From NCBI GenBank assembly GCA_963666285.1, contig OY762711.1: a DNA stretch of 64,000 nucleotides; one strand, written 5' to 3'. The position numbers and the translations under genes are program-made. Below, in pieces: positions 32,771 through 43,076 of this stretch (position 1 is its first letter; the number at the start of each line of letters is the position of its first letter). Origin of the DNA: Sedimentisphaerales bacterium (GTDB taxonomy: Bacteria; Planctomycetota; Phycisphaerae; Sedimentisphaerales; SM23-30). The notes beneath the pieces are model-generated. The model was given only the letters and a program-made list of their open reading frames with translations. It was not told the DNA's origin and did not search any database.

Positions 32771-32799
32771 TCATCGGCCACAGCACTATTATAACGTAA
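32771..32799 (-). promoter_or_regulatory. Putative sigma28-like promoter
   Basis: TTACG-N16-GCCGATGA on the minus strand. Confidence 0.4.
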
Positions 32800-32828
32800 G
32801 ATATTTATTATCCAATAATTTACGTAAA

Positions 32829-34055
32829 TTAAACAAGCTCAACAAGAGAGTTTAGTTCACCAAATTCATTTTCAACTACTTTACCATTATGCGGATCCTG
32901 CTGCCAACGACCGTCAACAACGTATCTGTACTGATAGCAACCGGAATCAAGATTCATCCGTGTAAACCAGCGACCGTTTTCAGACTTTTCCAAAGGCGTC
33001 TCTTCAGGATTCCAGCCATTAAACTCACCTGCAATTGCCACACTTTGAGCATGGGGATACATAGCAACAAAAGTAACCTGATCACCATCCTGTTTTACGC
33101 CATAGAAATCAGCTATCTTCTGCTCAATACTCTTAGGCAATTTTGGCTCGAATTTATTAGCAGATTCAGATGGAGCAGCTCCAATAAGTTCTTTTGATTC
33201 AACTAAAAGCTCATTTGCAGACTTGCTGATTTCCTTGAGTTGTTTTTCAACAGTCTCAACGCTTTTAGCATAGTTATCCTTCTGCAAACCGCCTGCTTCT
33301 ACTACTTCATTTGCCAATGCAACAAAGTCTTTCATCCCTTTACTGCTAGGATCGTACTCCGTAATAGGTTGGCCAAAACTTGCAGCTTCTTTCAGCTTTG
33401 TATTGAAGTTAATAATAGTCTTGAACATTAAATCAGAATAGTTTCTGCGGAGCTCATTGAGTATTTCACGAGCAAGCTTAGTACGCACATCGTACATACT
33501 GCCAAGAACTTTCACCTGGATATCCTGTTTACACTGCTTCTTTAGAACATCAAGGGTTTCAAGCTGCTTTTGCAAACCATGCATAGCAAAATACCCGGTT
33601 TCAACAGGAATAATAACTTCATCACTGGCTCGCAAAGCATTAAAAGTGAGAATACCTACGCCAGGAGGACAATCAATAATAATGTAGTCATACCCCTGGG
33701 CGTCGCGTTCAAAAATACTCTTAAGCAGGTTTTCTCTGCCTTCCATTTCGGTAAGCTGAGGCTCTAATGCCGCCAGTTCAATTCCGGCCGGTGCCAGGTC
33801 AAAATTCTGAGCAATCTGCCAGTTAATATTTTTTAGAGTAACCGGTTTATCAGAATTCGCAGATATAAGCACGTCATAAATATTCTGCTCAACCTGATCT
33901 TCCGGAACAGCCAGACCAACAGCGCAATGAGTCTGAGGGTCCATGTCAATAAGCAGAGTTTTGTGCCCCAATGAAGCCAGACATGCTGCCAGATTCATTG
34001 AGATAGTTGTCTTACCACATCCACCTTTTTGATTGATTACAGAAATACAACGCAT
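32829..34055 (-). CDS. ParA/Soj family ATPase fused to C-terminal CBM48/AMPK-beta-like glycogen-binding domain
   Basis: NQKGGCGKTT, DMDPQ, IIDCPP, EAASFGQPI; C-terminal VAIAGEFNGWNP...YQYRYVVDGRWQQDP.N...NEFGELNS. Confidence 0.9.
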   Translation of the reverse strand: MRCISVINQKGGCGKTTISMNLAACLASLGHKTLLIDMDPQTHCAVGLAVPEDQVEQNIYDVLISANSDKPVTLKNINWQIAQNFDLAPAGIELAALEPQLTEMEGRENLLKSIFERDAQGYDYIIIDCPPGVGILTFNALRASDEVIIPVETGYFAMHGLQKQLETLDVLKKQCKQDIQVKVLGSMYDVRTKLAREILNELRRNYSDLMFKTIINFNTKLKEAASFGQPITEYDPSSKGMKDFVALANEVVEAGGLQKDNYAKSVETVEKQLKEISKSANELLVESKELIGAAPSESANKFEPKLPKSIEQKIADFYGVKQDGDQVTFVAMYPHAQSVAIAGEFNGWNPEETPLEKSENGRWFTRMNLDSGCYQYRYVVDGRWQQDPHNGKVVENEFGELNSLVELV

Positions 34056-34428
34056 AAAGTCACCTCTCTATTAGCTCGGAGGTCCAATAGATTATATAAA
34101 ACAGTATAATCCACTTACATTACATTAAAAACACTGTCACTACTTCTCAAAGCAATAACGCAAAGAGACACAGTTAAAAATGAATGGAAATCGACCTGAA
34201 AGAAATGAAGCAATAGATATACCTCGGCCAAATACTGAATCAGATATATCCTCATATCTAAAGCAGTAACAGGGAGGTTATAAGATATTGCTATTCCCTT
34301 ATCCATGGGAAACAAATCAATCCATTTATCTTACTGTACTAACAAAGCTCCGCCTCGCACAGCACAGTCAGCCCCAAATTTCTGGCTGATACTTGTACCA
34401 GCACCAGTTTAAGGCTTTTCATTCGAAT

Positions 34429-34457
34429 CTATCGGCGAGGCTTTTCAGAAAACTTTA
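34429..34457 (-). promoter_or_regulatory. Putative sigma28-like promoter for parA-CBM48
   Basis: TAAAG-N16-GCCGATAG on the minus strand. Confidence 0.6.
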
Positions 34458-34555
34458 CTAATTTAACACTTTTTTTTAAAAAAGTGCTATTTACAATACT
34501 GAAAACTAATATCAACAGAACAATAGCTCATGAGAATGGTAAAACCAACCCGGCT

Positions 34556-35230
34556 CTACCACTTAACAAGCCAATCTAAATCAGAGTCTGTATGAATATC
34601 AAGGAAGTATACATCACTAGCCTCAGACTTTTTCAAGCGTAATTTGCACTTTCCTGCACTTGTATGCTCATAGTCGAAACCATTATCAGTGCTAATATCA
34701 GGGATATCCCTGGGTAAAGCCTGAAGTTTTGTAATTCCAATTCCAAATACCATTGAAGCCATATCAATAAAATTTTTGGTCTCCGAATCATTGGCAAAGG
34801 CATTTCCATCCTGCATCATAGCATCATGGAAATGACGAAGGATGGCCATATTTTTAGCATCCTCTGATTCATAAGGCTTTATAAGAACATCAGGAGCCAC
34901 CTTGGCGGAAATAATAACTCTAATTTCAACATTAGTCAGTGATTTCACTCTACTTATGTAATCATAACGAGTTACAGCAGCTCCATTTGGCTGAAGAACC
35001 GCAATTGCCACTTCTCTGTCAAACTTTCCTGATTTATTCAACACAGAAATACGATCGGTAGTCTGAAGTACCTTTTCGCCGGAAAACATATCTAAAAGCT
35101 GGTCACCAGTAGTTTCACCAATGATAACGCCGCTAAATTTACTCTCAACTGCCAAAGGTTTGCCGGATTGACACCCAGTAATTACAACAGTTATTAAAAC
35201 AAGCAGGCAAATTTTTATAGCTTTAGTCAT
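34556..35230 (-). CDS. Hypothetical lipoprotein
   Basis: Signal peptide with ITGC; AGGAG upstream. Confidence 0.7.
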   Translation of the reverse strand: MTKAIKICLLVLITVVITGCQSGKPLAVESKFSGVIIGETTGDQLLDMFSGEKVLQTTDRISVLNKSGKFDREVAIAVLQPNGAAVTRYDYISRVKSLTNVEIRVIISAKVAPDVLIKPYESEDAKNMAILRHFHDAMMQDGNAFANDSETKNFIDMASMVFGIGITKLQALPRDIPDISTDNGFDYEHTSAGKCKLRLKKSEASDVYFLDIHTDSDLDWLVKW

Positions 35231-35493
35231 GTTTTACTCCTGACTGGTAATGTATCTTTCTTATTATTATAAAGTTATAAATATTAATACCTTAGTTTAT
35301 CAGATAATTCAAGAGCATAAATTAGCAAAAAACGGAAAAAAAGCAAGTTTTCTTTCCTAAGTTATTAAATAATAATAATTTCTGTCAAATAATACAGTTC
35401 AGGATCCCATTATCCAGAAAATTCATAGACTTTTATTAATTATTTGTTAGCATATAATTACAAATCATTAGTGGAAATGAGTTTTTCGCTGGT

Positions 35494-35566
35494 GCCAACT
35501 TAGCTCAGTTGGTAGAGCACGGCTTTCGTAAAGCCGCGGTCGCGGGTTCGACTCCCGCAGTTGGCT
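35494..35566 (+). tRNA. tRNA-Thr(CGT)
   Basis: GCCAACT/AGTTGGC acceptor stem, GCTC/GAGC D arm, CGGCT-TTCGTAA-AGCCG anticodon arm, GGTTCGACTCC T arm; CCA not encoded. Confidence 0.97.
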
Positions 35567-35625
35567 ATCATTTTTATCTTTCTTCGGGTTAAATAAAGTA
35601 CAATCGGAATTAATATTGAAAGATC

Positions 35626-36372
35626 TTGGCAATGTTCAGAGGAATCAAACACAAAAATATCGGATTTACACTCATAGAACTGCTGGTAGTAATATCTATT
35701 ATTGCGTTATTAGTTTCAATATTAATGCCTGCCCTGGCAAAAAGCAGAGAGCAGGCACGCGGAGTAGTATGTAAAACTCACCTTCGTTCTATTGGCCTAG
35801 GTATTAGCATGTATTCCGAGGATAATGACGGCCGATCATTTGATGCCCAAAATACCAACAGTTTTTTCTGGAAAGATTCAAATGGAGACTATCTGGATCC
35901 GAAAGAAGATGACGCATACTGGGGACTAGGTTACCTGAAATACATTGAAGAACCTGATATTTTTGAATGCCCCAGTTTTCTGCGAGTTTCAAAGTTGATT
36001 TACTCTGTAGACCCTGAACTGATCCAGCAAGCAGCATTCAGCCTGAATTCAAACTTCAGTAATAAAAAAATCGGCCAAATCCGCCAGCACTCATCATTTA
36101 TTATCGCTCACGACCATGTTGAACCAAAAATTGAAAACGGCAGCAAAGATATGTTCTATAACAATGGTTCCGGAACTAAAAACCTGACAGATTACCGTAA
36201 AGGAGGGTTCAGGTCAGATTTTTACAGAGGAATTTTTCGTCATAACATAAATAAAAATAAAGAATTTGAAACTGGCGGAAGAGCTAATATACTATGGCTT
36301 GATAATCATGTAGATCATCTTAACGAAACTACTGGAGATGATGTTATGAAGAAATGGTATACCGGCAAATAA
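35626..36372 (+). CDS. Prepilin-type N-methylation domain protein (DUF1559-like)
   Basis: [25 protein letters not shown]...C..HL; C-terminal RH...[10 protein letters not shown]. Confidence 0.88.
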   Translation: MAMFRGIKHKNIGFTLIELLVVISIIALLVSILMPALAKSREQARGVVCKTHLRSIGLGISMYSEDNDGRSFDAQNTNSFFWKDSNGDYLDPKEDDAYWGLGYLKYIEEPDIFECPSFLRVSKLIYSVDPELIQQAAFSLNSNFSNKKIGQIRQHSSFIIAHDHVEPKIENGSKDMFYNNGSGTKNLTDYRKGGFRSDFYRGIFRHNINKNKEFETGGRANILWLDNHVDHLNETTGDDVMKKWYTGK

Positions 36373-36551
36373 ATCACACACATAATGATTAGAGCTTACT
36401 ACGCCCCGTTTATACTTTCTGCAACTTCGTCTGGCATTTCATAATTTTTTGAATATGAAGAATTTCTATTCCAAAATAGATGTGCCAATACACTTCATTC
36501 TGAAATTCTTATCTTTCGACAATAATGAGTTGCAAAAGAAAAACTAAGAAC

Positions 36552-37010
36552 CTATTGGGACGGTGGCATCGGACGCCCCTTAAGCTGTGCAACAATATCA
36601 CGGGCTGAGTCAAGTTTAACAGCCAATCTCTTCAATACTCTTTCAGCAATACAACCTTTTTCACGTAAAATTGCTAACACAAGGTATTCAGTACCAACTT
36701 TGCGGTCATTAAATAATTCAGCTTCTTCCAAGGCATATGAGATTACTTTTTTGAAATGCGGTGTACCTGGCAGGCGACCCAGTACCCAGGATTCCTCCAT
36801 GCTTTTTCTGGCAAATTCATGGACCATACTTTCTGCAAGAGGAAAAGTAACACCAAACCTATCCAAAACCTGGGCCCCCAAACCCATTCCATACTCAAGA
36901 ATACCAAGCAAAACATGCTCGGTACCAATATATTCCTGGTTTTGCTGTCTGGCTTTCTGGGCGGCCAGTTTAAGAACAACCTTTGATGACTCTGAAAGAT
37001 GCTGGTACAT
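36552..37010 (-). CDS. Stand-alone Clp N-terminal (Clp_N repeat) domain protein
   Basis: Two repeats, IGTEHVLLGIL and VGTEYLVLAIL; no AAA domain. Confidence 0.88.
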   Translation of the reverse strand: MYQHLSESSKVVLKLAAQKARQQNQEYIGTEHVLLGILEYGMGLGAQVLDRFGVTFPLAESMVHEFARKSMEESWVLGRLPGTPHFKKVISYALEEAELFNDRKVGTEYLVLAILREKGCIAERVLKRLAVKLDSARDIVAQLKGRPMPPSQ

Positions 37011-37211
37011 AATAAAACTTTTAAACTTAATATTGAAATTTATCTCTACTGTATTACCAATCGGTAAATATTAGTAAATGATATTAAAAAAATATAAACA
37101 TTATGTTAAAACAGCAAAAAATATACTAACCAGAATGTTAAAAAGAACCAGACAAACAGCCTCTGGGTATCAGGGAAATCTATTATTGCCTGAATGTTTA
37201 CCAGATTATGA

Positions 37212-38924
37212 TCAAGCTAATGCCTGTTTGATTTCGGTGAGTAATTGCTCAACTTTGAATGGCTTATATAAAACAGCACTTAAACCTTCACGATTCGCCC
37301 TGACAATTGAATGATTTGGGTCATAACCAAAACCTGTCATTAGAATCACAGAAGTTGCATCATTCTTTTCTTTAGCAGAAGCAAATACATCATAACCGGA
37401 TGCGCCAGGCATCTTAATATCGGAAATAACCAGATCGTAATTATTCTGACCGATAAGGGTAATAGCTTCACTGCCATTAGCAGCGATATCAACAATACTA
37501 CCTTGATCTGTCAAAACACTAGCAATAGTTTCACGAATAAATATTTCATCATCTACAACAAGAACACGCTTATTCCATAGTTCTTCAGCCTTGATATTTT
37601 CAGCACCTTTAATATCGAAAATACCTCTCGGCCCAGATTGCACATCTTTAACTGCGGTTTTGATCTCAACTGCACAATCAACCACACCCTGAAGTTTATG
37701 GCGAAGGTCGTCATGACCAATATATTCCTCGAGAAGACTAGACACCTCGGTAATAATTTTGTTAACAGGCTTGGAAATCGAAATATTGAGAGTATCAGCA
37801 GTCTGACCGGTAGTATGATGTCTTTCAACTACCATAAGGTCAAGAATATTAATAGCAATAGCTATATAACGGGCAAAGATCTCTGCCATTTGACGAGACT
37901 CTTCGGTAAGAACATTTGAATGATGGCTTTCTACATTAAATGTGCCAATGATTTTATCATGCAACCTAAGAGGAACAGTAAGAGAAGACTCGCCGCCATC
38001 AAGCCCAGATAGATAATGAGGGTCTGTTTCAGGATGATTGCACAGATAGCTGCGGCCGGTTGCAGCAACATATCCGGTTATACCGTTATTTTCCGAACTG
38101 GCAAATATCTCCTGACAGGAATCGCCGGGAAGTCCCTGGCTAAAAAGTACTTCAAGCTTATTGCTTTCAGGATGAAGTAATCTGATACAAAAATGATCAA
38201 AGTAAAGCAGATCTTTTGCATATTTTACTATTTTATTCTCAAGCAGACTAATACGCTGCTCAACATTCATGTTTGAAAAATTCTCTGCTTCCAACCTGAC
38301 AAGTTCATGACCGGCTTTGTCAATAGCATTGATGCGCATCTGCAGTTTTCTACCGGCAGTTGCATCAATCACGACAGTTGTTGTCTGAATAAGCTTTCCG
38401 GCTTCATCTAAAACCGGGGCAGCAGACATTTCATAATAACTTCCGGTCATGTCGTCGAAAAAAGAATATTTTCTTTTTCGCTTGCTAATGGTCAGCAAAT
38501 CTTCTTTGGAGGCAGCGGCAAGCTCTTTATCATAAAACTCAAATATTTTTTTGTTATGATTCGAGATCGCATTTTTTACAGCATTAGTTAAATCATTAAC
38601 TTTCTGATTCGCCCAAAGGATAGTGCCATCCCGATTTGTAACACATACACCTTCGCCGATATTGTTTAACAATTCTTCAGCCTGACGGCTTAATAGTAAA
38701 TTCTCCAGCATGGAACAGCCCTGAGGAGAAATAACAACCGCTTCAAACTCGCCTTCATTTACCGCTTTAATCAGTTCATTAAAAGAACCAACGTATGTAC
38801 AATTCCAGTCAGAAATATTACTAATAAATGCCGGTAAAGACCCATTCTCATTTTGAGATTCGGAGTTATGATCAAGAATGATGATATTCTTTCCCTTTGC
38901 TTCTGATTTATATGCTTCGCTCAT
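37212..38924 (-). CDS. PAS-GAF-receiver signalling protein
   Basis: EGVCVTNRDGTILWAN (PAS), GITGYVAATG...VPL...IIGTFNVES (GAF), VLVVDDE...SDIKMP...YKP (receiver). Confidence 0.85.
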   Translation of the reverse strand: MSEAYKSEAKGKNIIILDHNSESQNENGSLPAFISNISDWNCTYVGSFNELIKAVNEGEFEAVVISPQGCSMLENLLLSRQAEELLNNIGEGVCVTNRDGTILWANQKVNDLTNAVKNAISNHNKKIFEFYDKELAAASKEDLLTISKRKRKYSFFDDMTGSYYEMSAAPVLDEAGKLIQTTTVVIDATAGRKLQMRINAIDKAGHELVRLEAENFSNMNVEQRISLLENKIVKYAKDLLYFDHFCIRLLHPESNKLEVLFSQGLPGDSCQEIFASSENNGITGYVAATGRSYLCNHPETDPHYLSGLDGGESSLTVPLRLHDKIIGTFNVESHHSNVLTEESRQMAEIFARYIAIAINILDLMVVERHHTTGQTADTLNISISKPVNKIITEVSSLLEEYIGHDDLRHKLQGVVDCAVEIKTAVKDVQSGPRGIFDIKGAENIKAEELWNKRVLVVDDEIFIRETIASVLTDQGSIVDIAANGSEAITLIGQNNYDLVISDIKMPGASGYDVFASAKEKNDATSVILMTGFGYDPNHSIVRANREGLSAVLYKPFKVEQLLTEIKQALA

Positions 38925-39090
38925 CAAAAAACCTCTAATAAACAGGTTTGGAATTTAAAGTATTAAGAGCCGAGCTGGCAAAATGAGCAATCAGGCATAT
39001 TCTTTCTCGAACTGCTATATCTCTTTACAGCAGCAAAAAATGCAGCCAGGCTGACTTTACCTTCGCCACTATTATCTTTTCCCCACTATA

Positions 39091-39119
39091 GTTATACAAA
39101 AAAACAAAAAAAATGTCAA
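39091..39119 (-). promoter_or_regulatory. Putative sigma70 promoter
   Basis: TTGACA-N17-TATAAC on the minus strand, upstream of the PAS-GAF-REC gene. Confidence 0.5.
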
Positions 39120-39178
39120 ACTTATTCACAAGTTCGACATTTTTTTTCAAAAGTTATTTACGACTTGCATTCAGGTTA

Positions 39179-40282
39179 TCACTCCTGAGACCAACTATTT
39201 TTAGGATGAGCGTTATCATAAACTTCCTTCATCCTGCTAGTTGTAAGATGAGTGTAAATCTGAGTTGTGCTAAGCGACCTGTGTCCAAGTAGTTCCTGAA
39301 CCACTCTCAGGTCAGCACCATTGTTAAGCATGTGGGTCGCAAAACTGTGCCGGAGGGTGTGAGGGCTGATTCGTGGGTCAAGACCAGCTTGACGCAGGTA
39401 CTTGTCCAATTTTCGGCGAACAGAACGAGTACTCAGCCTTTGTCCATGTTTATTTATCAGTAGAGCTTGAGGATCGAAGCTGCTTTTACGGGGATCGGCG
39501 TCCCTAAAAGTAAGATATCTTTGAATCGCCTGTAGAGCCGAAGGTCCAATCGGGGCAATTCTTTCTTTCTTACCTTTACCACGTAGATGCAAAACTTCCC
39601 CTAGGAAATCGACATCTGTCAGATTCAATGAAACCAACTCACTTACACGTAATCCACTACTGTAAAGTGTTTCCAAAATTGCTCTGTCACGAGCACCCAA
39701 GAGGGTATTTGTGTCCGGGCAACTAAGTAGTTTCTGAATCTGCTCCGGTTCAAGGCACCTAGGCAATCTTTTTTCCTGCCTTGGTGTACGAATAGCACTT
39801 ACGGGACTTGTCTCTACATATCCACGGCGAGAGAGGTACTTATAAAAGCTCCTCAATGTGGCCAGTTTTCTTGCCGAAGATGTTTTCGAGTAATTCTTTT
39901 CACTAAGATGAGCTAAAAACGTCCTGATAGTATTTACGTTCATCTCTAGCAAAACATTTGTCATTCCCGAGCCGCCTTCAGCATAAACTGAAGAGTCGGC
40001 ATAAGAAGCACCATCCGCCTGGGCCTGATCCTGCCAGGTATGAGGATTATCATTAAGATAATCAACAAACTGTCTTAGATCGGCACTATAACACTTGACC
40101 GTATGTGCTGAAAAATGACGCTCATACTGCAAATACTCCAGGAACTCCCTGATTGGGGCAATCCCCAGAATTTTGTCCTGAACCGGCAGCGTACTTACAT
40201 CCGATGTACTCCGCTCACCAGCTCCGGCTTGAAAGCCCAATTCGGGACTTTCGAATTTATTATCTAACTTATTTTCCAGCAT
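39179..40282 (-). CDS. xerC: Tyrosine recombinase XerC-like, with N-terminal extension
   Basis: RDRAILETLYSSGLRVSEL, GKGKKER, HTLRHSFATH, LLGH, TTQIYT; start placed at ATG 40282. Confidence 0.88.
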   Translation of the reverse strand: MLENKLDNKFESPELGFQAGAGERSTSDVSTLPVQDKILGIAPIREFLEYLQYERHFSAHTVKCYSADLRQFVDYLNDNPHTWQDQAQADGASYADSSVYAEGGSGMTNVLLEMNVNTIRTFLAHLSEKNYSKTSSARKLATLRSFYKYLSRRGYVETSPVSAIRTPRQEKRLPRCLEPEQIQKLLSCPDTNTLLGARDRAILETLYSSGLRVSELVSLNLTDVDFLGEVLHLRGKGKKERIAPIGPSALQAIQRYLTFRDADPRKSSFDPQALLINKHGQRLSTRSVRRKLDKYLRQAGLDPRISPHTLRHSFATHMLNNGADLRVVQELLGHRSLSTTQIYTHLTTSRMKEVYDNAHPKNSWSQE

Positions 40283-40501
40283 AACAAGACTCTCACGGCG
40301 AAAATCCAATACTTATCGTAGCTCTTGCGTTCAGCGTCCTTACACAATCAAATCGCGGGTCACACGATCAAAAAGTTTTACGCAATAGCTTCAACTCCAT
40401 GACAAAGCCGTCCAATCAGGCATAAGAAACTCCGTTGTCTTATACCTACTCTGTCAACACTATATAATAACCCGGCCCACGCCAGGTCCGTTAAATGGAA
40501 C

Positions 40502-40780
40502 CTACAGTTCCTGTTCCCAGAAGAAATCACCTTCCTTGAGCGTCCTGTCGGCTTTCTTCTGTGGACACAATATTTTGTCCGCCTCCTCGACCAGATTCTT
40601 ACTTAACTGAAAACTTAGAACTGCTGCATCAAACCAGTCAAAATTTCTTTCATCATCGTTTGCCAGTTCAACAAAAGTATCCAGAAGCTGCTCTTCACTA
40701 CCTTTTTCATAGCGAAAAACAAAATGGTCCGATTCTTTCTGAATCGTTAATACTCTTCTTCCTGTATGTTCCTTTTCCAT
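40502..40780 (-). CDS. Small hypothetical protein
   Basis: Co-oriented ORF 9 bp after the lipoprotein gene; FVFRY...FDWFDAAVLS block. Confidence 0.7.
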   Translation of the reverse strand: MEKEHTGRRVLTIQKESDHFVFRYEKGSEEQLLDTFVELANDDERNFDWFDAAVLSFQLSKNLVEEADKILCPQKKADRTLKEGDFFWEQEL

Positions 40781-40788
40781 CGCGAATC

Positions 40789-41526
40789 CTACTCATAAAT
40801 AAGACCGGTCCTTACAGAGTAATCATATAATAGTCTTCCTATTACCTGGTGTGATACAAATCTCATGTACCCTGTGCTGGTCTTGACTTTTTCGGCACCC
40901 AAAGGTGAATCCTCCATCTTTTGGGCTGCGTATTCTTCTATTTGCCGAATGATGTCCTTATCAGCGGCATCAAAAACGTCATTAACCTGAACAACCGGTG
41001 CCAGTATCGGTCCAGAGCTTATTTCAAACGGAGTCGCCTTTCGCGATAGCTCACCCGGATCAAACTCGCCACTATCTGACATTTCCGTTTCACCTGGGCG
41101 GCGCTGCTCATATATCTGAACAACAATACCAATCAACGGTGGAGGATACGGCTGATACCTGGTCACAGAACCTACAAACAATGCATCGGCTCCAAGCTCA
41201 TCAGCTATTGCCGCAAGGTCATCCGTATCCTTTATTTTACTAATTCCAAGCTTATGCTGAGCGGCAAGTACATGATTAACTGACAATACCTGAATATTGT
41301 CCTGTACAGAAGCCAGCTCTGTATAAAACTCATCAGTCATTGTAATCGTACTAAAGTGCTCAGAACCTGAATCATTTTTGAACGGAACCACCGCAACAGT
41401 CCATACACCGGGTCGAAATGGATTGGAAAATCGCATTTTTTCCTTTGTTTCAGGACTGATACAGCCAGTCAAAAAAAACATCAGCAAAATAAGTCCGATA
41501 CTTGCTCTATTCACTTTTTTTATCAC
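40789..41526 (-). CDS. Lipoprotein with TolB-N/CsgG-like alpha/beta domain
   Basis: Lipobox LTGC; VAVVPFKNDSG...LGADALFVGSVTRYQPY. Confidence 0.7.
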   Translation of the reverse strand: MIKKVNRASIGLILLMFFLTGCISPETKEKMRFSNPFRPGVWTVAVVPFKNDSGSEHFSTITMTDEFYTELASVQDNIQVLSVNHVLAAQHKLGISKIKDTDDLAAIADELGADALFVGSVTRYQPYPPPLIGIVVQIYEQRRPGETEMSDSGEFDPGELSRKATPFEISSGPILAPVVQVNDVFDAADKDIIRQIEEYAAQKMEDSPLGAEKVKTSTGYMRFVSHQVIGRLLYDYSVRTGLIYE

Positions 41527-41720
41527 ATGAGCTCCACTTTCAGGACTTGCGTCCCATAATGCGACAACTCATCTTGACACTAATTACTAAGTGCCTGTCT
41601 CCGGAAGAACTTATAAAAGCCTGTTCTCATAAAGGTTTCATTGCAATAAATCCAATTTTTGCAATGCAACATTTTGTTCGTATGCCCTGTAAGCGTCCAA
41701 ATAAATCAGGGCAAAGACGC

Positions 41721-42875
41721 TTAATTGGCTTTTATTCCGCCGCCCAGAGGATGGGTACTCATTTCAAGCGGCTCAGTTCTGCCAAAGTCAACTTTGACAG
41801 GCCTTACAGACCAAACATTATCGATATAGCTGCGATCAGAACAGAAGAACATTCTGCCGTCAGGCGACCATGTCGGAGAAAAGTCTGCAGCATCACTTCC
41901 AGTTACACGATGGTTGTTCCGGCCAGTAATATCAACAACCCATATATCTTCACCGGCAGCGTCTGGAACCGGTGATGTTTGGCTATTTTCATGATCGTAC
42001 ATACTCTTGCCAACGGTACAGTATGCTATTTTAGAAGCATCTTTAGCCCAGGAAGGAGTAATACAAGCATAATTCACATTGCTTACTATCTCTGTCTCAT
42101 ATTTAGCTTCGCCATCAATCATATCTACAGTCCATATGCTAAACCATTGACTTCCGCGATAACGAGCTCTTTGAAATACTATTTTATTTAATTTCGGGTT
42201 AGGTGACCATTCTGGGAATAAGCCGTAACCAATCCATTTTTTCAAACTGGGGTTTTCAACGTCTACAACCCATAGCTCCCACTGCTTTGATCGTGGCCCA
42301 AAAGAACAATATACTATACTTTTCCCATCAGCCGACCATGATGGATGAATATCATTGCTGGCACTGCTGGTCAACCTGGTAGGATTTGAGCCATCCAACC
42401 CAATAACCCAGATATTCCATGAACCACTTCTGTTGCATGCGTATGCAATCTTATCACTGTTAGGAGAAAATGCCGGCTGAATTTCACTTGCCGGGTCACT
42501 GGTAAGCCTGGTAGCTACCATGCCATTAATCTGCTTAATGTATATATCGGGATTAGGTGCATGTCTTAAGGAACTGAAAGCTATCAACTTGTTATCATTA
42601 CTGATTACCGGATCATAATCGCCACCTTCTTCGCTAAAGCTATGCTGAATTAAAGAAGTAAAAGGCTTTGATTCAAATTCTATTGGCTGATAGCCGGAAA
42701 GATCGCCATTCAAACCTACATCCAATGACGTGTGCTGATACATTCCACCCTGTGACATAGGACGGCTGCCGGCACTATCATTATTAATGAAATTACATCC
42801 ACCGACAAATAATATACCGAATGAAAATAAAGTCAGAAATGTGGCTCTGTATTTCAACCCTGCAAAATGCATCAT
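41721..42875 (-). CDS. TolB-like (PD40 beta-propeller) lipoprotein
   Basis: VGGC lipobox; repeated P.[FW]S.DG..I motifs. Confidence 0.85.
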   Translation of the reverse strand: MMHFAGLKYRATFLTLFSFGILFVGGCNFINNDSAGSRPMSQGGMYQHTSLDVGLNGDLSGYQPIEFESKPFTSLIQHSFSEEGGDYDPVISNDNKLIAFSSLRHAPNPDIYIKQINGMVATRLTSDPASEIQPAFSPNSDKIAYACNRSGSWNIWVIGLDGSNPTRLTSSASNDIHPSWSADGKSIVYCSFGPRSKQWELWVVDVENPSLKKWIGYGLFPEWSPNPKLNKIVFQRARYRGSQWFSIWTVDMIDGEAKYETEIVSNVNYACITPSWAKDASKIAYCTVGKSMYDHENSQTSPVPDAAGEDIWVVDITGRNNHRVTGSDAADFSPTWSPDGRMFFCSDRSYIDNVWSVRPVKVDFGRTEPLEMSTHPLGGGIKAN

Positions 42876-43076
42876 AGGGCTTCCTTAATATTTAAAGCCT
42901 TTATTGCCGGTATCCCAGCAGCAATGTTAAAAGCTTTGTTCTCTTATGGTGGTACCTAACATCCTGTCATGGTACATTCTTTCTTAGACTTTCTTAATAA
43001 ATCTTATTATTTGACTTATCAAAATAAGGGCTCTTGTCATCCGTAAACTTTTCGAGTCCTATAAAAGCCTGAAAAT

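Noticed and set aside
37084..37111. dif-like site near xerC (TTATGTTAAA)
   Set aside because: Only the XerD-like arm matches; the left arm is an A-run without the expected ATAA at 6-bp spacing.
39179..40282. Prophage or island integrase
   Set aside because: The sequence is XerC-like, with no att repeats or phage genes, and the tRNA at 35494 shows no duplicated 3' end that I could find.
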